DNA of 64,000 bases, taken from NCBI GenBank assembly GCA_051362555.1, contig CM120640.1, forward strand, positions 10,106,001 to 10,170,000, in the 5' to 3' direction. The stretch is from Lingula anatina. Lineage: Eukaryota; Animalia; Brachiopoda. Position numbers and translations under genes: made by a program. How positions within the stretch are numbered: position 1 is the stretch's first letter; every line of letters begins with the position of its first letter. Below are positions 50,903-63,400 of this stretch, piece by piece. The notes beneath the pieces were generated by a model that had not been told where the DNA came from, made no database searches, and saw only the letters and a program-made list of their open reading frames with translations.

Positions 50903-53900
50903 CTATCCCGTGTCGTCTCTGTCCTTTTTAACGTCGTCAGCCGGCGCGTTGTCCATTTCTGCATCGCTTCCAGAAACACTTCCTTTCTCTCCATTTTCGT
51001 TTGGAGACACTGCTTCGCTTATTATCGATCTTAGATCTTGCATTTCTTGTGGCCTGGGGACACCCTGAGCCTGCGCGTTTGGACTTATACCTGGATCTTC
51101 AGGTTGTGCCTCTATCGTCTTGTACGTAGAGTGAAATGGGTCGGTTTTCGTTAAGAATGTTAATGTTCTTGTCGTCGCCCAAGGTTGTAATTCGCCTAAA
51201 AAGAAATAACATGGCACAATTATTTCGCACGCCGATTTTTTACGTGTCTGCTTGACTGAGCCTGTCTGTTAACATGAATTCTCCGCTTAAAATCTTACAT
51301 ATTTGTTTGTTTAAAATATATTACTGCTATACCAAAGATTTAGAAACTGATTCCCGGTTTACTTTTCACAAAATTTATCAGTGACAAATACAAATGATTA
51401 TAAATCTACTGAGGCTGAAGTTTGAGACTCCTTTCAGCCAAGGACGTTGAAGATATATACGTCCTTGTTTCAGCTAAATGACGTCGTTTATTTACTGTAC
51501 GTAATCATGATCTTTGTGTTCATCAAAGTAAAATATCATTAGCATATTCATGTAACTCTGAACCTACCCGAGCCAAACACAGCAAAAAAGACAGCTGACG
51601 TTAAAATAATGATACCAGATATCAAGAACACGATCTGCCAGTTGCTAACAGTCTGAAATTGACGAGAAGAAACGTTATATTCCCATTTCAAATTGGAGAT
51701 CATATAAAACGCTTCCTATGTTTCCAATTAATATTGAAGACCATGCAATGCGCTTATTATGTTCTTCATTAAAATTGGCATATTTCTTATTTTTGTGACT
51801 ATCTTTAAACATAGAATAGACCACAATCATTTTAGTAAGTATATATTAGATGAATACTATATACTAAATATTAATTACAAAATTTATGAAAAGACGACGA
51901 TTTTATAACAAATCAATTTGCCGCAATGTTCGTAAATCTTCAAATTAAGCAAACTGGCCTTAGCCAATTTATATAAAATCACCTAAAATTTTAGCTTAGA
52001 AATAATTTCGCCTCAAAATCGAATTTTATACGTATGAAAGCGATAATTTAGCCTGTGTTATTACATGTACCTGCTCAAACGTTATAGCAGCCACAACAAC
52101 CGGTCCTAGAATCCCAGCAATTGTACCCAACATGGAGGAGATGGCTGCTAATATGCTTGCGTACTTGGGCGCTATATCTAAATGATTGATCTGCCAGCCT
52201 GTATTTTAATATTAGAAAAAAAGCATTTCCATAGTGTCCAAACCTTTTAAAGAAATCAGAATATCAAACAAAATATAGATTTACCTTACAAAATGCTCTT
52301 TATGTTCTTGGCAACCTTCAGTTGTACAAATCAGATGTCGTTTTAAAATATGAGAGATTAACAAATGAATGGATGAGCCAAAGAACTATATAGGATATCG
52401 AATTCCTTGGGAGAGCTAAGGAGAAAACAGCAACAGCAGGCGTTTCACACAAAATAGTGAGCACACTACATTCAGTCAAAAAGAAATATATATATATTGT
52501 CACAACAACAACAACATAAAAAACCAAAAACGATTGATACCTGAAACTGTGAGTCCACTAAAGCCCACACCAATAGTCAAAAACACTAGTGCCACTGCGC
52601 CATTCACGGTAAATGCCAGGAAGATGAGGCAAATACCCTCCATTCCAAAACCTACAAAATAGTAATACTCATCCAGAGCCCATTCATTTGAATTTAAAGG
52701 CATATGTTGCGCATAAGACCATTATAAAGTAAGTAAATAAATAGAAATATAAATATCCAGGAAATTTTAACAATTTTCTTTTATCACCATAGTATATCCT
52801 GTTGAGAAAATTACGATCTATAAACCCGTTTCTGAGCTCTTCGAGTGTGAAATGAGTGAAAGTGTGAAAGTGGGAAATGAGTGAAATCCACTGCTCCCAA
52901 TCTGTATTATAAGAGGGTATCAAACATTAGAAAATTAGAAGTCAAACCCGGTTTATGGTCGTAATTGTAACATCAGTTTTGGATATAGTATACTTTGGCT
53001 ATTAAGTGCGTATTGAAATTTCCGGGGAAACAAATCCTTTCTCAATTCTGTATAAGGGCTTTTACCTTTAAACGTCTGTCTCAGTCACTAATCTTAATTC
53101 ATATAATTATGAAAACTACTGAAAGTATCAAGAACTATAAAACTGGACAAAACAGCTTTTAAATCCAGAAACAGAATAAATGATGGATTCAAAGCCGACG
53201 GACGAATTAGATTATCATGCATATTGTACCGTTTAAAGATAAAATCGCAAATATTATAAATATAATATAAATGACGAACTCACCTATGGAATTTAATATT
53301 ATCCTAGAATCAGTAACGGTAAGTAAGGGGTTTCGTATTAACATATCAGCTACTGGTCCGCTAAGGGCTGTGAAGCAAACCATCATAATGTGCGGTAACG
53401 ATGACAAAAGTCCGTTCTGAGATATGAAAAATATATAATTTAAACCGTATCTACGGGATCCAGCATATAAACTGACAACGAATGATTTATATAATTTAAT
53501 TTGACCTTGCTGTAGTAAATTAAAGGGCACAAGAATAAGTAAGATAAAGTGTTATATTATCCCGTTAACCTACAAAATAAATTGAAAACGCCTCGTATAA
53601 GTGAAAGATGGGACTAAAAAAGAAAAACAAATAATAAATAAAGAGATGAAGATAAAAGACTCCAGATGAAATTAAGCACAAGATACCTGAGCAATTGTAA
53701 AGCCAAAGACATTCAGGTATGTTGGTTCGTTTGTCAGCAGTAAATAGAATACCCAACTCCTGCTGAAGTAGCAAACGCATATTGCCCAAAACGGAAGTGA
53801 CGTCAAGATAGACCTCCAGGGCACCTTACTGATCTGAAAAAAAAAGAAAATTATTCCTTTCATTTAAAATTACTTCCTAATTACAAAAATTACCCAAAGT

Positions 53901-56900
53901 TTTAGAAAGCGCATTGAGTGTGGCATCTTAAACCAAATGTAATTGGCTAACATCCTATTTGCACCATTTTCTTTTAAATCGGAGTTGCCATAGAAATGTC
54001 CAAGTGACGAAAGAATAAAAAGACCAAGCGTGGGAAAACATTTGTACAGGGTGTCTCAAAATAGATGGAACCCATCGACATCCTTGAATTCGGCGAGTGA
54101 AGTTCTCAATCACCTTGATCTTGACACAATCTTGTTTCAACATGGCACGCATCTTCTGGGTGATGGCCACTCTGAGTTCAGCAGTGGATTATGGATTGTT
54201 CCTATGCATGTTGTCCTTCAAGAACCCCACAGAAATAAAAGACTGGGAGGTTCAGATCGGGTGAATGCGGAGACCACTCGGGTTCGTGACGCGTGCTGAT
54301 CAGCCAATTAGGGAATCGATGGTCGAGCCACTCCATCATGATGCTGGCTGTATGTGGAGTTGCTACATCTTGTCGAACCATTGCCCATAACTATTCACAC
54401 CATGATGTGATCCAGGTACCCCCCCCCCCCCCCCCAGAACTTGTTGAGCACAACAATGTAAGGCTCCTTTTTGACAGTGACTGCCTTCTCGTCTTCGTTT
54501 TCAAACCAAAACGGTTATTCCATGCTTTCAAGTGGAACCAAGGCCGTGCATTTCCGTGCAATGGCAGTCATTTGGATCACGTTCTGTACAAATCCATCCT
54601 TTGAACTACAGATATCAAATCAATGTTTTTTAATTGTTACTGTATCAGCTTCCGAGCAATGTAATCTTGTCTCAGTTTCTTGTCTCAGTAATAAATCATT
54701 ATCATATTGATGAGTTCCACCTATTTTGAGATTCCCTGTAACTTAGAATGAGAATGTTATTTCGTTCCAAAAGTAAAAACACACTGTTCGGCACTGGTAT
54801 TTCCAAGCACCATGTTTGTACCTCAAAATCCGAATATGAGCTTCCTTGTCGGTCCTCTATCAGCTTACGTTCCTCATTTGAGATGGTAGGGTCGTACGCT
54901 GGCCGTTCATACACGCATGCGAAAAAGATGATGAACCAAAGAATGCCGATACCACCTGGAATTAGGTAACCTTTTACACAGGGGGTCTTCATTGGCAGAA
55001 AAACATTTGTTACAAAACAAGTAAGCCCTACAAACTTGATAATTCTTGTGTATTGGCAATTAATGCTCTTGTATCTTACAGAATTTATGGTAGGCCTCCA
55101 CCCTTTTGGATAATTACGAGGGGCGACGTACTCTGACCTCTTCATAGATCTCGTGTTTGAAATAATGAATTATTAACTGTTTTTTTTTAACGTGGTCGTG
55201 TACCATAAAACTCACCGTGGAGATAGAAGACGTACTGCCAGCCAATGAAATGAGTAATAGCACCAGAGATTGGAAATCCAAATATGGCTCCCGAGTACAT
55301 GCCTATAAGAAATTACAGGTTAAGCAGGCCTGAATCAGACAAGAAATATTTCCAGTTTTACAATTATTGAGGTGTTGAAAGTGGAGGGGTATTGTGTTTT
55401 ACATTCCAATTGTGTTTTACATTCCAATACAAGTGATATATTGTTAACTAATATAAATAAATTATAAATATAAGTCCCTTTTTTAACTGAAAAATCAAAA
55501 CATTATTTTCGTTTAATCGTTTTTTTTATTTTTGCAATGCAACCTTTCTAAATCTTTTTTTTTTTTTCAATGGGAAGTAGAAGAAATTAGTTTTTCATAA
55601 CCACAATCCAGCTTAATCTGTGCTTAGAACTAAAACACATATCACTTTGTGTAAGGATGTGGGCGCATTGCGTGTCCCCGATGTCTATTAATGTCTGTTT
55701 CAATATCTGAGAGGGAAATATGTGGGCCAACAGAGCCTGAAGATTATAAATAGTCGATAAATTGACTGGTACGACAGAGATAAAAAAGCGAAGCATAATT
55801 GCAATAATGGAGTCTGTTCTGCTGATAAAAAACAATTCACAGGGATTAACTGCAAATCTCTTATTAGTAGATAAGACGTGGATGTTACTTATAACTACAA
55901 TCCCAACCCAAGTAACAGCCGGAAATGCGTGCAAAGCCTTATAATCTTTGTATTTTCGAATATGCTTATGGCTTTTTTCCTTTTCCTTTTTATGCATTGT
56001 TCCTTTGCAGTTCCATTATGTTTTTTTTACCGTGGCATATAACCACTCCAAGAAACTCTAAGAAAGTTACGTCCTGGTTTTCCTTGAAATTGTGTTAAGG
56101 GCTACCGCAGTTGTATCATCCGCTAAGACCGACTTATTGTGGTCTTGCAAGTTGATTTTTTATTTGCTAAAATTGGCAGCTTCTACACGGCTTACATATA
56201 AAACTAACTATCATCTTAACAACGATTTTTTTTCAATATATCTTATCACACGGTAATTGTAAGCTATGTGCAGAGAAAAGTGGATTTTCAATCATGGAAA
56301 CCACCGAGATAGCCTAAATCGATGCTGTTGGCACAGCGTGGTGTCTTCCGAGACTAGAAAACGTGTATGAGATTTGGGTGAATCAAGGCGTTAAATATTT
56401 AGCGATGAGGGTGAAACATATATGCTTCAGCAATGTCCAAAGCAATACATAAATGACGTGCGAAACATGATAAATTCGTACTTTTGTGCAACAGACTGTT
56501 TGACAGAAGATATAAACGTTAAAATATCATTAGATTAATTATTACATTATTATTTTATTCGTTGCCGCCTCGCACGCTAGTCTTCCATCATTCCTGATCC
56601 CACTCTCTTCAAAATCTCTCGAAATCTCGCTTGACTTTTTGTGAAGTCGGAAGACTTTGGGCTATCTCGAGTTATTCCCACCCTGAGCTTCAGAGCTAAC
56701 TTGACACTAACCTTTTCAAAAGGTTAGTGTCAAGTTAGCTCTGAAGCTCAGGGTGGTTATTCCCACTGTTACCTGTAAATACGAGAGATCCCATCCTTCC
56801 CCTCTCTTGTGGAGTCACCCAATGACCAAGAAGAGCGTATAACGTGGGGATTACCAGTCCCTAGAAATGACGGATTCTGAGCTGATACACACACTTAACT

Positions 56901-56940
56901 AGTTCAGTGCAGTCAGTCACAATTTAATTCAATTATGAGA

Positions 56941-57006
<66 letters not shown>

Positions 57007-58224
57007 TTGCTTACACTAGTACGCTTGTAAATAAGCTGTTCAACACTGCCAACTGTCTCTTGCGACCAGCTGTGGTTAGTTTGATAAGGGTATTATGGTG
57101 ATTTAGCTGGAGTCAATCTCTATATTTTGATAATATTGCTTTTTGTGGGGTAATACAAATTGCACAGAACGCTACAATATTATCACCGTTGAGTAGATAG
57201 AGGATCGTAACTCACTTCACTCATTCCTTGCAGTATTCTGAGAACACAGGTCAGCGGATAGATGCCGTTGTCTATAGAAACAGGCACAAGTAGATTCAGT
57301 CCACAAGACAGTAAGATACAGCCCCCGAACATTCTAAATAAAAAGAAAGGTAATAAAAATGTATTATGCACCCACATAGATCCTACATGTACCATACATG
57401 CACATGCAGTACATATAATATTTAGCTTCCTGTCTTATGTTAAAATTTATACTCATTTGAATTTTTCATTTCCTTCTGGATACTTGGGAAGCATAAAAGA
57501 CCATACATTCAGTGACACTCATATAATAATATAACCATACATTTCTACTGAAAACTTGAAAGAATTGAAAATGTTTATTACATTCATGGTGTAAAAATGG
57601 TTAAGGTTATGGTATTTATAATTCACCTATGAGATGGAAAAAGTCTAGCGTAATAGCCCGCTGGCAGCTGTGTCAGCAAATGCCCTATATAGAAACTACT
57701 GTGTAGAAAGCCGATCATAGTCATGTCCCAGTTGGTGATTGGTATCTAGAAAATAAGGAGAAAAAACATCTTTATAATAACATTCTTTTTCAACATTTTC
57801 TCTTCAATTTAAAAGTTGGTCAGAAAATGATCATTTGCATACTTCATTTACAAAAAGAAAAGAAAATAATTGAATAGTAATTTCCATGTCTATTTTCCTT
57901 TTTTTCCGCGTATTAAATGAGCCCAGAAACAAAACTTACCACAACAATTTCAAGGTTTAAAAATAATCTTACTGAAATTTCAATACATCTTTTATAACAT
58001 AATTTACGAGATAATTTCTGCAGATGAGATAACTTACATTCATCGCGGCATCACTGGTACCAACTTTTTCGGCGGCCCTGTTATCAATTAATGTGATCAC
58101 TGTTACTGCTAAATTGACACGCATTGCGTACACTACAAGCAATCCGATACAGCATAGGCCAGCGGTCACATAGCGCTTCATTTTGTCGGACAACTCCTTA
58201 TCCTGTTCTTTCTCAGAGATCAAT
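50903..58224 (-). CDS. SLC17 family anion transporter, vesicular glutamate transporter-like (MFS), 12 exons; start uncertain (ATG 58181 or upstream exon)
   Basis: Exons 58038-58224, 57627-57745, 57216-57333, 56773-56860, 55216-55302, 54822-54955, 53687-53833, 53284-53416, 52541-52651, 52071-52198, 51568-51652, 50903-51195. Motifs: [79 protein letters not shown]. Confidence 0.9.
54047..54738 (-). mobile_element. Internally deleted, decayed Tc1/mariner element (DD41D/rosa-like) in SLC17 intron
   Basis: TA-flanked ~32-bp TIRs cagggtgtctcaaaatagatggaacccatcga / ttgatgagttccacctattttgagattccctg. Minus-strand frameshifted transposase remnant QDVATPHTA...[11 protein letters not shown](V)F../[28 protein letters not shown]. 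Confidence 0.85.
56679..56755. mobile_element. Fold-back MITE family B: 77-bp perfect palindrome with 8-bp TSD
   Basis: 38-bp arm + 1 nt + exact reverse complement, flanked by gttattcc at 56671-56678 and 56756-56763. Confidence 0.9.
56945..57004. repeat. Compound (CT)n(CA)n microsatellite
   Basis: Direct reading. Confidence 0.95.
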
Positions 58225-60072
58225 CTGAAACAAATAACAATAACAAATAAGTAACGTGCTCTACATTATTTTCACCAGTAACTCAGTTTATGACGTGTAG
58301 TTGTATTCATGGACGAGAATGACGTCACATGACATCACAAACTGTGACACAAAAAAGAAGACGTACTCTGCTGACATACATGCTGCAGACATCATTACCA
58401 CTGTCGTGTTTTCAACTGTCCACGAAAAAATATGCAACGCACGCGCACGTGTGTGTGTATCAGGCGTGTGTTCAGGAAGCAAATGGCTTGGTGACAAGAC
58501 AAAATTTGATATTAGCACAGTTCTTAGAGTTAATAATTTAGCTATATAGTGGCGTGTGGGCTGACATTAAACATGTTTGAGATCGTAATATGTTTGTAAT
58601 TTGCACCTCATAATGATCACTGTACAGGCTGAAGCGCCTTTCTATTATTAGATCTCTAGCTATTCTGAGGCCTAGTAACACAGCCTGTTCCTGGTAGGCC
58701 TACTATTAACACCCTTTGTTTGTAAATAAATCTATTATACAAAAATATCCATGATATACTACAGGAAATCAATCTAACGGAATGTGCAATAGATATACCA
58801 TGAGTCAGCGAGGTGTACTGGATATGCATGAATGTGAAGTGCGAGTATGAGTAGATGGCACACACACCTTGACATCTAATGGCTGACGAGTAGTGTATCT
58901 GACATGTACATGACAAATTTCGAGACAAAAGACCCAGGCGTGGTGTACCTCGCATACAAGCGTGGCGTACGTGTATACGAGATACACCAGCTTGAGTCAT
59001 TTTTTTCGACATCCGACGTGGTACACAATGCATGACCACCGGTAAACAAGCATTGAACTGGTCGTCATATTGTAAAGCGTCGCTGTAATCCAATACATAA
59101 AGTGAACATGAACGTTCCTAAGAAATCATTACAAAAATGATACAAACAAAAGTACCATCGATTGATTTTCTTACATTAATTTCATATATAAATGCATTAA
59201 ATTGCCGTTCGTGATGCCATGTAACACGAAATCTGTATTTTAATGCAGACAGCCTTTCTGTTTATCTTGTCTGCTATCTGATAATCTGAACCTGTTTGTA
59301 ATGAGTTGGTGGTTTGAGAATACACGTCAAAAACAAAAGCGAAATCGAGTTGAAAAGAACTATTGAGGCAACACAAATAAAAATTACTGCACAGATTCTG
59401 ATAGGGCACCTTTACCACATGCATGTCATTTACACCTGGATATGATAAAAACAAGGTTCAAAAAGCTCAGAATGCGGGTAAATGTGTGGTACAGGCACCG
59501 AACTGACATCTTTGTCTGGATGAAACTGTAGCCAATTTAAGCATAGGCGATGCGTTTCTGGACTGTAATAAAACACAGAACAATCTCCATTTGAACCTTA
59601 CTTTTGTTACTTGAGTCAGTTCCAGTATTGATCGATGATGATGGCGCCGCACTCCATACTGAGCAAACCCAACTCCCCGTCATCTACGGCAAAATACGTT
59701 ACGATAAATCAGGTTAACAGATAGCCCACTTGAAACTCACAGCATCAAAAGCCATGAAAACAGTCATGTTCGGTCGACCTAACTTGGTCCGACCCTACTC
59801 ATCAAGTCGTTCGATTGTGACTAGACAAATTAGCTGGAAACTAGAATAAACAGATCTCACTTCCTCGTTGCCAACAGTGTCGTTATAAGTTAACGTACAC
59901 TTATGGGAGTTATGTCTCTAGGAGGCTGTAGAAGAATCCATTTCCATGGTTTGTACCATTAGAAGGATTAGTAACGGGTCTTGTGCTGTAGCCTTTCATG
60001 ACGAAATTGTCACAAATGTGACCTGGACATCTCTTCACTAACAACTCAGTTACTGACTCTTTCCTTGAGCCT

Positions 60073-60303
60073 GATAAGTAGTTCTGTTTCGTTGAAGTGA
60101 AATGAAAATTGAATATAAAAGCCTGATTATCTCCTTACACACCTGGAATGTTCAGAAAGAATGTCCAAGCAAATTACGAATGGCCTCAGGTAAATTTTGG
60201 GCGATGAGAATACAGATTTCAATTTTCCACTAAAAGTTGTAGCATGACTTAAAAAAATTATATAACCACTTCTGGGCAAATCATTCTCGCCCAGGAGCAT
60301 TCC

Positions 60304-60339
<36 letters not shown>

Positions 60340-60442
60340 ATATATGCCAGATAAACGATAATGACAAACATTACAGGTAGGGAGATAAAAGGTTTTTTAT
60401 ACTCAATTTTCATTTCATTTTAACAAAACAGAACTACTTATC
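60073..60442. mobile_element. Degenerate MITE with ~65-bp inverted termini and internal (TG)n
   Basis: gataagtagttctgtttcgttgaagtgaaatgaaaattgaatataaaa... / ...ttttatactcaattttcatttcattttaacaaaacagaactacttatc, with (TG)n at ~60307-60336. Confidence 0.7.
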
Positions 60443-63400
60443 GTGTAACATATTCACCGATAGAAGTACCTAAATATAGACAAAATGAAAATTGGATTGA
60501 TAAAACTAATAATTGTACAGAAATGTTGCATATATTGTAGTGGTTTGTGGTTGGAGGCGTGGTAAGCATGAATGTTTTATCTGTGTGGAAAGGCCACCAG
60601 GAATTTTTTCACAACAGCTTCATATATCATGTGTTGGTAACTGGAGGATTCAGCGTCGCCCACGAAGAGACAAATGCCATTGGTCGCACTGATAATTTGC
60701 TGGCGGTGTACAATAATATACACTAGGAAACAACCTAAGATCTCGCCAACAGGGATGGGAGGCTTTTATAAAACGTTCTCAGCACTTCACAAATGGATAT
60801 GTTTTTTTTCGTTTGACATTTAAATATGTTTGCTAAAATTTCAATATATCTAATTCCTTGCGAGCAGAGAGCAATCCATTTGTACATATGGAATTGTGCT
60901 GTGGCGAACAAGTTATAACTTTACTTATCCTACAGTAATTTTTCTTTGTACTTTGTTTTATCACGGATGACAGATTGTGTCACTATTTCCATCAGAAAAT
61001 GTAAGAAATCAATAAAGTAATGGACTGCATAATGTGTTTTTAAGGTAACGGCATATGTGAGATTATCATACCCTGTAATTTCATACTGTTACGTTATATA
61101 CATTCTGTAGTTAATCCTTTGCCGGAGTCATGAGGAAACGGGAGATAAAAGAACTCATAAATAGATAATAGACATTAGGGAGAGGAATACGCACAACAAT
61201 CAGGTTATTTTGTGTGGGATATGATGTCTGTTTTATTGCGATCAAAAGGTTAGCTTAATCATCAACTGATTGCCGACGGAAAAAAGAAGAAAAAAGGGAT
61301 TTCAGCTCTATTTTGATCTGAATGATGATTTAAATCAATAGGGCCATTTTTCATATCTAATACGATGAAATGGCACAATTAGGTCTGTTATCATGTTGCT
61401 CTAAGAGTGGCTCTCGGGTAAGCCTATTCAAAGCAATGCATTCACTGCTAGGTGCACGCCTTTTTTATTATAAAGTCAAGGTGCCCCTGGTCTGATGTCC
61501 ACAGACGACGGGCGCATATGCGTAGATTTGAAAATGAAGACCAGACGCCATGGGAATGTGTCCCTTCAAGATAATCAACGAATATGTGTGGGATATATTG
61601 CACCTTTACTTGCAAGGACTACTCACACGCGCACTTTTCCTGCAGTTTTACATGACTAAATTATCATATTGGCCGGTATTTTACTCAAGTAGGCCGTCCA
61701 ATATACCACATTTTCTATCCGAAAAAAAAGTCGGCCGAATCAATGGAACTTACCTGCATCTAGTCTTTCTCAGTTAAACGCCAGTGAGTGATATACATTT
61801 ACAAATACTTAAACCATATAGAATCAGGTTTTTCACATCTCTGCTGTCGATGCAAGTAAACACAGCTGGCTAACAAACAATACAACAGTAACCAACGTTC
61901 GCACGACTATAACCGTATGGTAATTTCAACGACGAGGCTCTATTAGTTGTCGTCGGGTGACTCGGGTCAACTCTGTACCGAGCTCGGGGAATCCGGTTGC
62001 CGCAATTATGCGGTGAATACGATGATGGAGGAAAAAATCCTATATCAGATAGTGTATCCTGCTCAGGCCGTTCAGCTATTAAAAGCATGCAGGCTTATAT
62101 TAAAGCAACACACGTAAATATATGTATACATGTATATGCAGTCTCTGTCTCCAAATGGGATGTTGCAATAAATGCTTTTCATTTAGCATGTTTTTTTTTC
62201 TTGGAAATTCTTATTAGTTGGAAATAATATTGTATTGTTTTAGTGTTTATTCAGTTTTGGATCCGACAAAAAGCTCAAACCAATTCTTAGAAATTTAGTG
62301 TTGTTAAATGCTCTTTTCTAGGAAACTCAATCTACAAATAACGATGCTAATTCAAGTTTGAATTAGTCGTGATAAATGCTCAAGCTATTTCATATGAATT
62401 TGATGGCGTTGAAGCTATGGTATTATTTTAGATGCCAGAATATTTTAATTATTCTCCTGTTCTTTCGTTCTATATTTCATAACATATGTTCATCAAAATT
62501 ATTGTTACAAAGATGTGCATGCATCAGTCATCCGTGCTTTAGGATGGTTGGTTTTTAAAACACTTGAGATGGACTTGGAAAAGTTAATAAGATACAAACA
62601 TCCTGTATAATATATCTTGTTTAGAAGTAAAGATTTGAAAATAAATCTTGTAAATTTGATTTTACAAGTCTGATGTGTACTACAGACCTGTGTTTAGATT
62701 TGAATGAAAAGACCGTGGTTTTATTATTTTCTGCATGATACGTTTGAAGTTGATTAAGTCTTGTCGTATGTGTTATTGTTATGATGATATTTATCAGACT
62801 ATGTCGCTAACCTATCCCTGTGCATTCAAATGTCCCCGCATCAATGTACCCCCCCCCCCCCCCCCCCCCCCCGCCGTATCACAAAAAGTGGTATCAACCC
62901 TGAACTGATTTGAATTTTTGAATTATTCTGATGGTGTCTTTACTAGTATGAGAAAAAAGATTGGTTCTCTTAATATTGTTGTATCACATTAAGTCATGAA
63001 TAATTTCGTTATGCGGGTATTGTTTTGGTTCGGGTCATCACTGCTTTAACGGCAACAGTTGCCAATATTAATTCATTAATCACAATGTTCCGGAAAAAGA
63101 CTTCCTTTGCGTTTTCCCACATAACATATCACAGAGAGTCGTGTCCTCAAGTCGTATTCCTCAGGAATAGATAAGAGGCATGCCGGTATATGTACGCAAT
63201 TCTTTTCTTGGGGTACACTATACACTAATATTAACGTAACTCACTGTGGTTTGTTATATAGGCCTAAGCATTAGCCTTCGAATAAAAACTATTGTTTGTC
63301 AATATTAGAAACATATCGCATTTGCTGCATCCTTGAACTGAATTACCATTTAGTCGAAATTGAACTGATATCACATTTAGAAAATCCGAAATATGTTTTT

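Noticed and set aside
55587-55997. 136-aa intronic ORF
   Set aside because: No recognisable domain; likely chance or repeat-derived.
58656-59093. 145-aa minus-strand ORF as an upstream SLC17 exon
   Set aside because: No family similarity, and no convincing phase-2 donor compatible with the exon starting at 58224.
60540-60760. SINE-like remnant
   Set aside because: Only a vague resemblance; no clear A/B boxes or tail.
62840-63222. Tc1-like MITE (aatgtacccc ... ggggtacact)
   Set aside because: The inverted match is only ~9 bp and runs into a poly-C tract.
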